DNA of 62,344 nucleotides, filler included, from Choristocarpus tenellus KU-1152 (taxonomy: Eukaryota; Protista; Phaeophyceae), in the NCBI GenBank assembly GCA_964200185.2. It is 10 parts of 10 records of this genome, joined end to end, with 100 filler letters (N's around TTAATTAATTAA, not from the genome) between each part and the next. Parts side by side here need not be neighbours in the genome. Positions count along the whole stretch, not along the records: positions 1 to 8,756 come from CAXNAD020004364.1; positions 8,857 to 11,820 come from CAXNAD020023317.1; 8 more parts are not named here. One strand, written 5' to 3'. The position numbers and the translations under genes are program-made. Under the pieces are notes generated by a model. The model worked only from the letters and a program-made list of their open reading frames with translations. It was not told where the DNA came from and searched no databases. This document shows positions 1 to 10,396 of the stretch, one piece after another; the first letter of the stretch is position 1; each line of letters starts with the position of its first letter.

Positions 1-399
1 CTGGTGGAGGCCACAGTGGAGGCATTCGATGTGTACCCCCTGGAGACACTAGAGCACGTCTGTCAGAGCATCTTCGCAGTCTACGGTGAAGTACTGGGGT
101 CCAAGGGTGACGTCTTTCAAAATTCCCCATCTTAGCAAGGAAAAGGCTGTGACGGCGGGCAAGCACCCCCGAAAATGCCCTGGTGGATGCAGCAAAATAC
201 CATGCTGGAATAGAGTTTTTAGGGGTCAGGTGGCGGAATTATAGATTGAGGTAGGCTACCCCATTTTGCTTGAGATGTTGGTGGGTAACCTTTTAGTGTC
301 TCCACAATACACCCATAAAATATGAACATGTGAAAGATTGTCTTTCCTGTTCATCGGGGCGGCAAAAGTTCTGTTTCACTTAATTCTAAACGGAGGAAG
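1..399 (+). mobile_element. 3' end of a degenerate DD39D (plant-type) mariner element: transposase C-terminus plus right TIR
   Basis: Frame 1 reads LVEATVEAFDVYPLETLEHVCQSIFAVYGEVLGSKGD, then KIPHLSKEK after a frameshift. This is the typical C-terminus of Soymar-type DD39D transposases. It is homologous to the copy at 31662-31774 (MMEATIEAFNVYSWKTPEGVWQSLFAVYSEVLGS). A Stowaway-like terminus AAACGGAGGAAG ends at 399. Confidence 0.8.
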
Positions 400-1615
400 A
401 ACACATTTACACATAGCTCACTGTGCTCCTAAATGCGCATCTTAATAAGGCCTATCTGTTTCGATATTTGTCTCTACCTCTTCATGGTTGACAAATGACC
501 ATTATAGGAAGATCGACAAGCACTACTTAAACGCATTCCCTAATCATAGCCATAATGAACATTTACTGTATCCACCACTAACGGAAAAAGAGAAAAAAAA
601 TTAAGGGGTCAAAGTTTCTGGGGGGGGGGGTGCCGGCATCCGTTTTTGACCCTAGGAAAAATGACCAAAACATTGCAGCAACAATTTCTCAACATCACTA
701 AGGAGAGACTGCATCATATTTAACACTGTTGAGCTTATATATTATAGGGCTCTACTGACGAAGAACATTCTGAAATGACCATGGGATGTTGATTAACTCA
801 ACTGAAGCCTCACCTGCTTCCACCTCAAATACTCCAACATGCAAGTAGTATCAAATCTCCCCAACCATTTCATACGCCAACCACACTAGTGATGAAGTTA
901 GCAAGAGGGACACAAGTGAAAATTGTTCAATACACATGCACTGCGTTGTTCTACAATTCCGCCTCAGCTACAAGCATACCCAATTGCCCCTTACTTCAAC
1001 CAGATAATGCTAGTTGAAAGTTCAATCTCTAGCCATGATTTCAAGCGGCTCAAAAACTCTTCAGCAGATGTTGCAATGTCCTCGTTCACAATATCCCCAC
1101 CAGAATTCTTGCAGTCATCACAATCTGCCCCCATCTATTGCAGTTGGAGTCAACAGTGGAAACCTCTTAGCAGACCTGCTTTTGCTGGCCGCCATTAGGG
1201 TAGCAGATCGGTCGAGTAATGGTTTGGAGGTCTTGAGGCTTGAAGGTTTGACAATCTAGACGTGGATGGAGGAGAGTAAGCATATGTAACTCATCAGTAT
1301 GCACCTGAGTCATTGCTATCTGTTAGAAGTAGAGGGAAAAGGCGAACATACCCATGGTTGATCAATCAACTGTGCTTCCCCTCTCAATACTTGCTGTCCC
1401 TTCTTACATTGTCCATACTGGATACATAGATGAGAAATTGTTGGCGAAACAGCAGATTCAAGAATGTTCTCATCCTTAGCTTGAGTGAGAATCTTCTCCT
1501 CCTGCTCATCAGCCTTCATGCTCAAAGGAGTCCTCACAAGGTGCAAGAGAAGCAGACAATTTCCCTTCTAGTTTTCTACGAATGTGATCTGTGGATCTTT
1601 CCAGGCTACACCTCT

Positions 1616-1868
1616 GAGCCAAAGTATCTTAGAGGGTAGGACCGCGTCCATTTGGAGGTCAAAATCCATTGTTGCAATTTTGATGAAAAATTTACTATCG
1701 TGTTTGTTAGGAAGTGTCAATGTCCTTGTTTCGGACACACCTTTTCATAACGTACAAATTTTACCTACCCCGAAACACTTTGGAGTAGGAAAATGTCATA
1801 AAAAAACCCATGGAGAGCCAAGCCCCAAATGGACAAACAGGGCAAAACTCGTACCCTCTAAGATACTT
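1616..1868 (+). mobile_element. MITE family A copy (right terminus truncated)
   Basis: Starts GAGCCAAAGTATCTTAGAGGGTA and ends TACCCTCTAAGATACTT. The internal sequence is shared with nine other copies in the window. Confidence 0.9.
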
Positions 1869-2229
1869 AATTATCTCCTAATGTCTTGATGTGCAGACCT
1901 TCCATGCTGCAGGTTAACTTTACTCGTAAGACATGCCAGGACAATCCAACTCTTTGAGTTATTTACTGTAGGTCTGTGAAGTAGGGATTTGCTCAAAGTT
2001 CAACAGGAAAGTGTATACCTTCACCATAAAAAAGACTCACAGAAAACAGGGTATCTCTTCCTCTAACAAGCCCTTGACAAACTCATGAAATGCTGACTTC
2101 AATTTGGCACCACAACAGGCCCGCTTTAACTGGTACCACTTATCCAGTAACAGCCAGTGCTAAATAACATAATACGCAAGTGAATGGGTGTTGCAAGGGT
2201 ATGATCACCTGCCTTAATAACTACTTGGA

Positions 2230-2719
2230 GAGTGAAGAGTATCTTAGAGGGTACGAGTTTTGCCCTGTTTGTCCATTTGCGGCTTGCCTTCAAACATTTC
2301 GGAGTAGGTAAAATGTGTACGTTATGAAAAGGTATGTCCGGAATAAGGATATTGCCGCTTCCTATCAAACATGATAGCCAAAATTACATCAAAATCACAA
2401 CATTGGATTTGGGCTCCCAAACGGACGCGACTCTACTCTCTAAGATAGAGTGAAAGTATCTTAGAGGGTGCAAGTTTTGCCCTGTTTGTCCATTTGGGGC
2501 TTGGCTCCCCTCGAGGTGTTTTATGATATATTACCTACTCCAAAAGATTTCGGAGTTGGTAGAATGTTTTCATTATGAAAAGGTGTGTCCAGAACAAGGA
2601 TATTGACAATTCCTAACAAATACGATTGTCAAAGTTACATCGAAATCGCAATATTGGATTTTATCCCTCAAATGAACGCGGCTCTACCCTCTAAGATACT
2701 TTGGCTCATACTTTGACTC
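2230..2719 (-). mobile_element. MITE family A copy with internal deletion, its terminus split by a nested copy
   Basis: The TSD TGGA lies at 2226-2229 and 2720-2723. The terminal CTCTAAGATA|CTTTGACTC is interrupted by the 2448-2707 copy. Confidence 0.85.
2448..2707 (-). mobile_element. MITE family A full copy nested in the TIR of another copy
   Basis: Runs GAGTGAAAGTATCTTAGAGGG...CCCTCTAAGATACTTTGGCTC, with a 3-bp TSD ATA at 2445-2447 and 2708-2710. Confidence 0.9.
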
Positions 2720-3961
2720 TGGAGTTTCTGCAGCTGCTTGAACAAGGTGCCACACATGAACATTACATTGGTGCAAATCTCTGAAAAAAGCAAATGGGTA
2801 GCGATAACCACTACAATTAAGACACAAGTATTTCACCACAAATAATGCCAAAGATTTGGAACATCCCATAATTCCTTTGTTACAACTTCTATCAAGAATT
2901 CGGAGTTGGAGGTTGTAGTACTTCAATATCAAAAAGATTTATTGCCTGAAGCTCTGAGTCCAATTGTACCGACGACAATTCATTCTGTTTCAAAGCACAA
3001 AAGTGCCAGTCAAGTGGTTCAGCACATTCTTACACCATGCGAACAAGTTCTGCCAGACTTCCAAGCCTCGCAGTGCTACGGTATGTTCAAAATCACTGTT
3101 GTCTAGATGAACTCATCCTGCTGTGGTCTGCAGTGAGAAGAAGAATCCGAGTTCAAGAGTTTGGATACTTAGTGGCTGGGCAAGTTGGTGGTGGCTCCCC
3201 AGGGATGAGGAAAACCAAAAAACGGTCGGAGACCATATCAGACCACCTAAAATGCAGATGGGCCCAGTCAAACATGTAGTCAAAGACATGCTCAATGTCA
3301 TTTTTCAGGATGCTGCTCATGATGAAGGCCACCCTATCAAACAAGAGGTCAGTGTTCAAGATCGTTTGACACCACCCAAACTTTTTTGAGGAGATTTTTG
3401 AAAAAGCAAAAATATGTTACTATAAATTATAAAAGTTGATCAAATTTCACCCGTACAAGAACTCACACATCAATATAGGACAGAAGAAGAGATCATTGTC
3501 TACTGAACAAATAACTAAACTCTCTGCCAATATCTTGACAAAGGCATCAGCACAATAACCATAAATTAGGAGAACCTCAGAAAAAGTGCCTTAGCTCTGC
3601 AAAATAACAGAGGAAAGATCCCATACATGAACACATTACAAGAAACTGGTATCAGACGAAATGCATATTGTAGCAAGGCAACGGCACCAAGAATGTGCAC
3701 CTCAAGGCCTTACAAAATCTATCAGTGCAGAGGATCACAACCTTGACACTCAAACCTGAAAAAAAAATCTACTTTACATGAAGGAGTGAGGGATAAAATA
3801 TGTTACTCAAAAAAACACTTGAAAAACGTCAATAGAAGAACCAAAACAATATCAGTAATTATATAAAGAAAATTGCCAACAAAACAGGTCACCAAAACCT
3901 CACGCAACAAAAAGCTCACAAACGTAGTAACTCCAAAAAACAAAAACTCTGTTGTTCACAC

Positions 3962-6900
3962 CTTAGATTCTCCCATCGCATCCAGCAAGAATCTCATCAT
4001 CTCCACATTTCCACTCTCAGCAGCTACAATCACAACTGACATTCCACAGTTATCCTTCGCAAGCAGCTGTTCAGAAAACTGTTGCGATTTGGCACACACA
4101 CAATCAACAACCATGAGAACCATCACTATTATTGAAATAACTGCAAGGCACAAGACCACATAGCAAGTCATGCGATCAAGCAGGGTCTGTTTGTTTTACT
4201 TCCAACAACACCATACCAAGTGTGCTAAACAGGTGTATGTTTGAGCATAGAAAGGGAGTCACAAACCACCAACAAAACTCACCTGTGTGTAAAATAAGCA
4301 GTGTAGAAAAGAACAATCAAACGCTTACATTCAAATTTTCGTCCTAACACCATGCTTACCTTCAAATGCACAATGGATGGTGGCATACACTGAGTAATGC
4401 AGTGATGCATGTAACAAATCAAGCATATCTCAGTATAGAGGGCTTGACTGCTTATCTCTTATAATTCAATCAAACAAGAGATCAAAATAACACAAAGTCA
4501 AAATCCAAAACTCCAGAGATAAGAAATCAGCTGTCCTCACCTTAGCTTCTCCCATCGCATCCTGCAAAAATCTCATAATCTCCACTTTTCCACTTCTAGC
4601 AGCAAACATCACAACTGGCCTTTCACCGATATCCTTGGCAAGCAGTTCTTCACAAAACTGTTGGGAGGTGGCACACACAACAATCAAAGAGTCAGTGTGG
4701 GGACCATCAACATCATAGGCATATCTTACAAGGCATAAAACCTCATTGCAAGTTATGTGATCAAGCAGGGTCCGCTTGCTCCACTTCCAATATGATATCC
4801 TCTCTGCTCAATACGTCTATGTTTCTCTATAGACAGCAAGTCACACGCCTCCAATAAACCTCATCTGTGTCTTGCTTGCAGAATAAGCACACCCCTGTAA
4901 CATTGCAGAAAAGCACAATTGAGGGTTTGCATCCAAAAGTGATCCTATCACTGTGCTTACCTTCAAAATGCACAATGGATGGTGGCATATACTGAGTACT
5001 GCAGTAATGTACGTTACAAATCAATGCGCATCTCGGCATAGAGATTTGACTGCCTATCTCTTACAACTCAATCTAACAAGAGATCAAAATAACATAAACC
5101 AAAATCCAAAGCTCCACAGGTAATAAATCTTCTGTCCTCACCTTAGCATCTCCCATCACATCCAGAAAAAATCTCATCATCTCCACTTTGCCACTTTCAA
5201 CAGCAAACATCACAACTGACCTTCCAGAGAAATCCTTAGTAGTGAGTTCTTCAGAAACCTGTCAGGAGGTGGCACACACAACAATCAAAGAGTCAGTGTG
5301 GGGAACATCATAGTCAAAGTACCTTAGAGGGTAGAGCCGCGTCCGTTTGGGGGTCAAAATCCAATGTTCCGATTTTGATGTAATTTTGGCTATTGTGCTT
5401 GTTAGGAAGTGTCAATATCCTTGTTCCAGACACACCTTTTCATAACGTATACATTTTACCTACTCCGAAACATTTTGGAGTAGGAAAATGCCATAAAAAA
5501 CCCGTGGGAAGCCAAGCCCAAAACGGACAACAAGTCAAAACTCGTACCCTAACCCTAACATACTTTCACTCTCAACATCATTGACATACCTGCAATGCAC
5601 AAAGGCTCATGGCCAGTTATGTGATCAAGCAAGGTCTGTTTCTTCCACTTTCCACAAAATATCCACCCTGCTCAACAAGCATATGGTTAACTATAGAGAG
5701 CAAGTCACACACCATCAATAAATCTCATCTGTTTCTTGCTTGCAGAATAAGTACAAACCTGTCACATTGCAGAAAAGAACAGTCAAGGGCTTACATCCAA
5801 AAGTGATCCTTTCACCATACTTACCTTTGAAATGCTCAATGCATCGCGTGGCTTGTACTAAAGACAGCAGTGATGCATGTAGCAAACCAATGCACATCTC
5901 AGCATAGAGAGCTTGATCGCCTATCTCTTATTATTCAATCAAACAAGAGACCAAAATAACACAAAGTCAAAATCCAAAACTCCAAAGATAAGAAATCTTC
6001 TGCCCTCACCTTAGCTTCTCCCATCGCAACCTGCAAAATTACCATTATCTCCACACTTCCACTCTGAGCAGCAAACATCACACCTGATGTATCACCGTTA
6101 TCCTTGGCAAGCAGTTCTTCACAAAACTGTTGGGAGGTGGCACACACAACACCAACGAGTCAGTGTGGGGACCATCAATATAATCGGCATATCTTGCAAT
6201 AGACAAAAGCTCATGACAAGTTATGTGATCAAGCACGGTCTATTTGTTTCACTTACAACAACATCATATCTGGCCTGGACATCATGTGTATCTTTGTCTA
6301 TAGAGAGCAAGTCACACACCACCAATATACCTCACCTGTGTCCTGCCTGCAGAACAAGCACAACCCTGTCACATTGCAGAAAAGAACAATCGGTGGTTTA
6401 CATCCAAAATTCATACTCCCATAATGTTAGAACATGAATTTGTTCAATGCATTGTGGCTTGTACAGAACACTGACATTATGTACATACCAATCACTGACA
6501 TTATGTACATACCATATACCAATCACTGACATTATGTACATACCACATACCAATCACTGACATTATGTATATACCACATACCAATCACTGACAGTATGTA
6601 CATACCATATACCAATCACTGACATTATGTATATACCACATACCAATCACTGACATTATGTATATACCACATACCAATCACTGACATTATGTACATACCA
6701 TATACCAATCACTGACATTATGTACATACCACATACCAATCACTGACATTATGTATATACCACATACCAATCACTGACATTATGTACATACCATATACCA
6801 ATCATTGACATTATGTATATACCATATACCAATCACTGACATTATGTACATACCATATACCAATCACTGACATTATGTATATACCAATCCAATGAATATA

Positions 6901-8338
6901 TCTCTTCATAGAGGGCTCGACTACTAGTCACTTTTTATTCTATCAAACAAAGATCAAAACAACACAAACTAAAATCTAAAACTCCAGGAATAAGAAATCT
7001 TCTGTTCTCACCTTAGCATCTCCCATCACATCCAGGAAAAACCTCATCATCTCCACTTTTCCATTTCTAGCAGCATACATTATAACGGATATCCCATAGT
7101 CATTCTTGGTAAGCAGTTCTTCGGAAAACTGTTGGGAGGTGGCACACACAGCAATCAAAGGGTCAGTGTGGAGACCATCAACATCATCAACATATCTTGC
7201 AAGGTACAAAGGCTCATGGCCAGTTAGGCAACCAAGCAGGGTTGCTTAGTCCACTTCCAACAACACCAATACCAAGTTTGCTCAAAACGTGTATGGTTCT
7301 CTACAGAGAGCAAGTCACACATCACAAATAAACTTCATCTGTTTCTTGCTTGCAGAATAAGCACAATCCTGTCACATTGCAGAAAAGAACAGTCAAGGGC
7401 TTACATCCAAAAGTGATCCTTTCACCATACTTACCTTCAAGGTGCTCAATGCATCGTGGCCTGTACTAAAGACAGCAGTGATGCATATAACAAACCAATG
7501 CACATCTCAGCATAGAGAGCTTGATTGCCTATCTCTTATAATTCAATCAAACAAGAGACCAAAATAACACAAAGTCAAAATCCAAAACTCCAGAGATAAG
7601 AAATCTTCTGCGCTCACCTCAGCTTCTCCCATCGCACCCTGCAAAATTACCATTATCTCCACACTTCCACTCTCAGCAGCAAACATCACAACTGACCTTT
7701 TACCGTTATCCTTGGCAAGCAGTTCTTCACAAAACTGTAGCGAGGTGGCACACACAAAAAATTCAAATGTTCAGTGTGGGGACCTTCAACATTATAGGCA
7801 TATCTCACAAGGCACAAAAACTCATTTCAAGTTATGCAATCGAGCAGGGTCTATTTGTTTTACTTCCAATATCATATATACCCTGGACATCATGCGTATG
7901 TTTCTCTATAGAGAGCAAGTCACACACCACCAACAAATCTCATCTGTGTCTTGCTTGCAGAAGAAGGACAGCCCTGTCACATTGCAGAAAGGAACAGGCA
8001 GGGGTTTACATCCAAAAGTGATCCTATCACCATGCTTACCTTCAAAATGCACAATGGATGGTGGCATGTACTGAGTACTGCAGTGATGTACGTTACAAAT
8101 CAATTCCACGTCTTAGCATAGAGATTTGACTGTCAATCTCTTATAATTCAATCAAACAAGAGAGAAAAATAACACAAAACAAAATCTAAAACACCACAGG
8201 AAATAAATCTCCTGCCCTCACCTTGGCATCTCCCATCACATCCAGCAAAAAACTCATCATATCCACTTTGCCACTTCTGGCAGCAAACATTACAACCGTT
8301 ATTCCATCGTTTTCCTTGGCAAGCAGTTCTTCACAAAC
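3962..8338 (-). CDS. Ankyrin-repeat protein (partial): seven 117-nt phase-0 exons, one 39-aa ankyrin-like repeat per exon
   Basis: Exons in transcription order: 8222-8338 VCEELLAKENDGITVVMFAARSGKVDMMSFLLDVMGDAK; 7618-7734 FCEELLAKDNGKRSVVMFAAESGSVEIMVILQGAMGEAE; 7012-7128 FSEELLTKNDYGISVIMYAARNGKVEMMRFFLDVMGDAK; 6010-6126 FCEELLAKDNGDTSGVMFAAQSGSVEIMVILQVAMGEAK; 5142-5258 VSEELTTKDFSGRSVVMFAVESGKVEMMRFFLDVMGDAK; 4541-4657 FCEELLAKDIGERPVVMFAARSGKVEIMRFLQDAMGEAK; 3962-4078 FSEQLLAKDNCGMSVVIVAAESGNVEMMRFLLDAMGESK. All have CAG acceptors and GT donors, no stops and identical length. They match the ankyrin pattern D..G.T.L..AA..G..E....LL. The 5' and 3' exons were not found. Confidence 0.85.
5311..5571 (+). 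mobile_element. MITE family A copy inserted in an ankyrin-array intron
   Basis: The 3-bp TSD TCA lies at 5308-5310 and 5572-5574. Removing the element restores CATCAACATCA, as seen in the paralogous introns (empty-site confirmation). Confidence 0.92.
6469..6890. repeat. 31-bp minisatellite, about 13 copies
   Basis: The unit ACCAATCACTGACATTATGTA(C/T)ATACCA(T/C)AT recurs every 31 bp from 6487 to 6859. Confidence 0.97.
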
Positions 8339-8756
8339 CTGTTGGGGGGTGGCACACACAATAATCAAAGAGCCAGTGTGGAGACCATCAACATCATTGA
8401 GACATACCTGCAAGCCACAAAACCTCATGACAAGTTAGGTGGTCAAGCAAGGTCTGTTTGTTCCACTTCCAATACCATATGCACTCTGCTCAATAGGTGT
8501 ATGTTTCTATATAGGGAGCAAGTCATACACCATCAATACAACCCAACTGCGTCATGCTTGCAGAATAAGCACACCCCTGTCACATTGCAGAAAAGAACAA
8601 TCAAGGGCTTGCATCCAAAAGTGATCATTTCACCATGCTTACCTTTGAAATGACTAAAGATAGCAGTGATGTGGCGCAAAGTATCTCGGGGGGGGGGGGG
8701 GGCTACACTAGGGGGTCTATTTGGGCCTCCCCAGGGAGAAGGGAACTTAAATTATA

Positions 8757-8856
8757 NNNNNNNNNNNNNNNNNNNNNNNNNNNNNNNNNNNNNNNNNNNN
8801 TTAATTAATTAANNNNNNNNNNNNNNNNNNNNNNNNNNNNNNNNNNNNNNNNNNNN
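8757..8856. other. Artificial contig linker (N44-TTAATTAATTAA-N44); also at 11821-11920, 17943-18042, 25363-25462, 40383-40482, 46806-46905, 49654-49753, 53100-53199, 56633-56732
   Basis: An identical 100-nt spacer with stops in all six frames occurs nine times. Confidence 0.99.
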
Positions 8857-9013
8857 TCCTTCTCTCCAACGCCTGGTTTCCCCTGGATGGATCTCTTTTT
8901 CCTTTCCTTTCCCCCCCCCCCCCCATTGCATGTATGGCTTTATTGGTGTCTGCTTGTTTCCCCCTTTTGATGACCTGTTCCCTATATACTTACTCTCTTG
9001 GGGGTTTCTACAG

Positions 9014-10328
9014 TGTGATGGCGTTGTGAATATGGTGATGGATGCATTTGTGCACATCCATGAGGAGAGGTACTACTCGGCCCTCAACACCATGGATGAG
9101 ATCAACCGGAGGCTAGATGCCATGGAGAGCATTAAGTTTGCCCAGCAGCTGAGGTGTTGGATGCCTTCGCTAACGGAGATGATAAACAAGGCCACCAAGG
9201 AGGAGGTGAGCAATCACTTACATTTGAATCGTACAAGAATCATTGAGTGCATTGAGTGTTGTGGGTTGACGCATTGGTTGATAGATTGATCCTGCGCTAG
9301 GAGGTTGTTGATGTTTGTTATGTCATGCGAAGAAGGGCTGCAGCTGCAGGGGCCTACCAAGGATTGGTTTTTGGGAAAGGGGAGAGGGCATTCTCGGGAG
9401 ACACGCCGTCCTTGTTCTTTTGGCTTAATGAGTAAAGTGATTTGAACCCGTTCGTGTTGGTTAGGTTTTCATAAAGACCGTGCGTTCTTTGCTTTGTGAT
9501 GTGACAGGAGTTGTTGTTAGTACAAAGGAGTTCTTCTGGAAAAGCAGTTCCTCAGTAGGTTTTTGTAATTATCACTTTGGATGTACTTTTTTGAAGGAGT
9601 GAAATTAGTCTGCTTTAAAAAAAATTCTACCCGGCTGCCATCTATGGATGATGGATTCTCTAGTTATTGCTGGTAAAACTCTTCAATAAATATACTGAAT
9701 TACTAGCCAATAAAACAAAAAAACTTTTGCGCTCTTCCATTCCTGTATCTTACTTATTTTCCGTTTTAAAGTTGATGATCAGACAAAAAAATATCATACC
9801 TTACTATATTGTAGGGTATATTCTACTCAAGAACGACAGTTAATTGCAATGAATTTGGGAGGATAATTATCTGACTAAACCTTACCCAGTTTAATTGGTC
9901 ATGGATTCTGGTACAGCAATAGCGTTGGTCTTTTTAAACTTGATAAAACAACTTTTATAGATGATATTACACATAGCCATATATTCCCAGAAAAAATTGT
10001 AATTATTAACTCTCTGAGCATCCTCTAAAACTTTGATCCAAGGCGCTTCTACTATCAGACTTTTGTCTCCGAGTACATGTAAACCTACTCTTTGGCTGAA
10101 CGCAAGGCAATAGTTGGCTACTCCAAAGCAAGGCGTAAATGCGAACCAGACCGGAGTAAGTTCACGTAGACTACAACATGTGCTTAGATGAGCAGTCAAT
10201 AGTTCACCAGCCATCTCTGGTCATCTCGCCGCTTGTCGCCCCTGACCCTGGTGAATTCTGTCCTGGAAGATGGAGTAGTGTGCAATGCCTTTATTTCTGA
10301 GGACTAGTCTCCGGTGAAATCCACTGTG

Positions 10329-10396
<68 letters not shown>

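Larger units (their letters stand above)
1900..3380 (-). pseudogene. Probable degenerate KDZ (Kyakuja-Dileera-Zisupton)-type transposase, interrupted by MITEs
   Basis: Across frames the motifs occur in KDZ order: CPAT...LLLTAD (~3126-3182; cf. CPAC...DGN), GIMGCS (~2858-2875), GYRYPFA (~2790-2810; cf. GE..YP), IMLFSTGC (cf. YDIAC) and FSVSLFYGEGIH (~2012-2047; cf. F.V..FH.YGH). There are many stops and frameshifts, and the boundaries are approximate. Confidence 0.35.
3900..8672. repeat. Tandem array of ~600-bp intron+exon cassettes (7 exon-bearing units; the last intron runs into the contig end)
   Basis: Exon spacing is 579, 601, 868 (with MITE), 1002 (with minisatellite), 606 and 604 bp. 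Intron blocks recur in most units, e.g. GGCACACACAACAATCAAAG, GATCAAGCAGGGTC, TTGCAGAATAAGCAC...TGTCACATTGCAGAAAAGAACA, CATCCAAAAGTGATCCT and ATTCAATCAAACAAGAGA. Confidence 0.95.

Noticed and set aside
990-1550. Possible further exons of the ankyrin gene or the C-terminus of the KDZ relic (minus strand)
   Set aside because: The frames contain stops or need frameshifts and I recognise no domain, so they cannot be assigned.
1584-1889. Recurring short ORFs such as CLLGSVNILVPDTPFHNV...PTPKHFGVGKCHKK (also 5393, 34568, 47221)
   Set aside because: These are chance translations of the non-coding MITE, with frames and stops that differ between copies.
6469-6890. CRISPR-like regular repeats (also 25061-25362)
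   Set aside because: The units are head-to-tail with no unique spacers and no cas genes, so they are minisatellites.
4827-8653. Repeated ORFs such as PPSIVHFEGKH.DRITFGCKP in the ankyrin array
   Set aside because: These are translations of the duplicated introns. They are not open in all units and lack consistent splice sites.
9891-10214. 107-aa antisense ORF inside the Sec15 intron
   Set aside because: No recognisable motif, and its length is within chance expectation.
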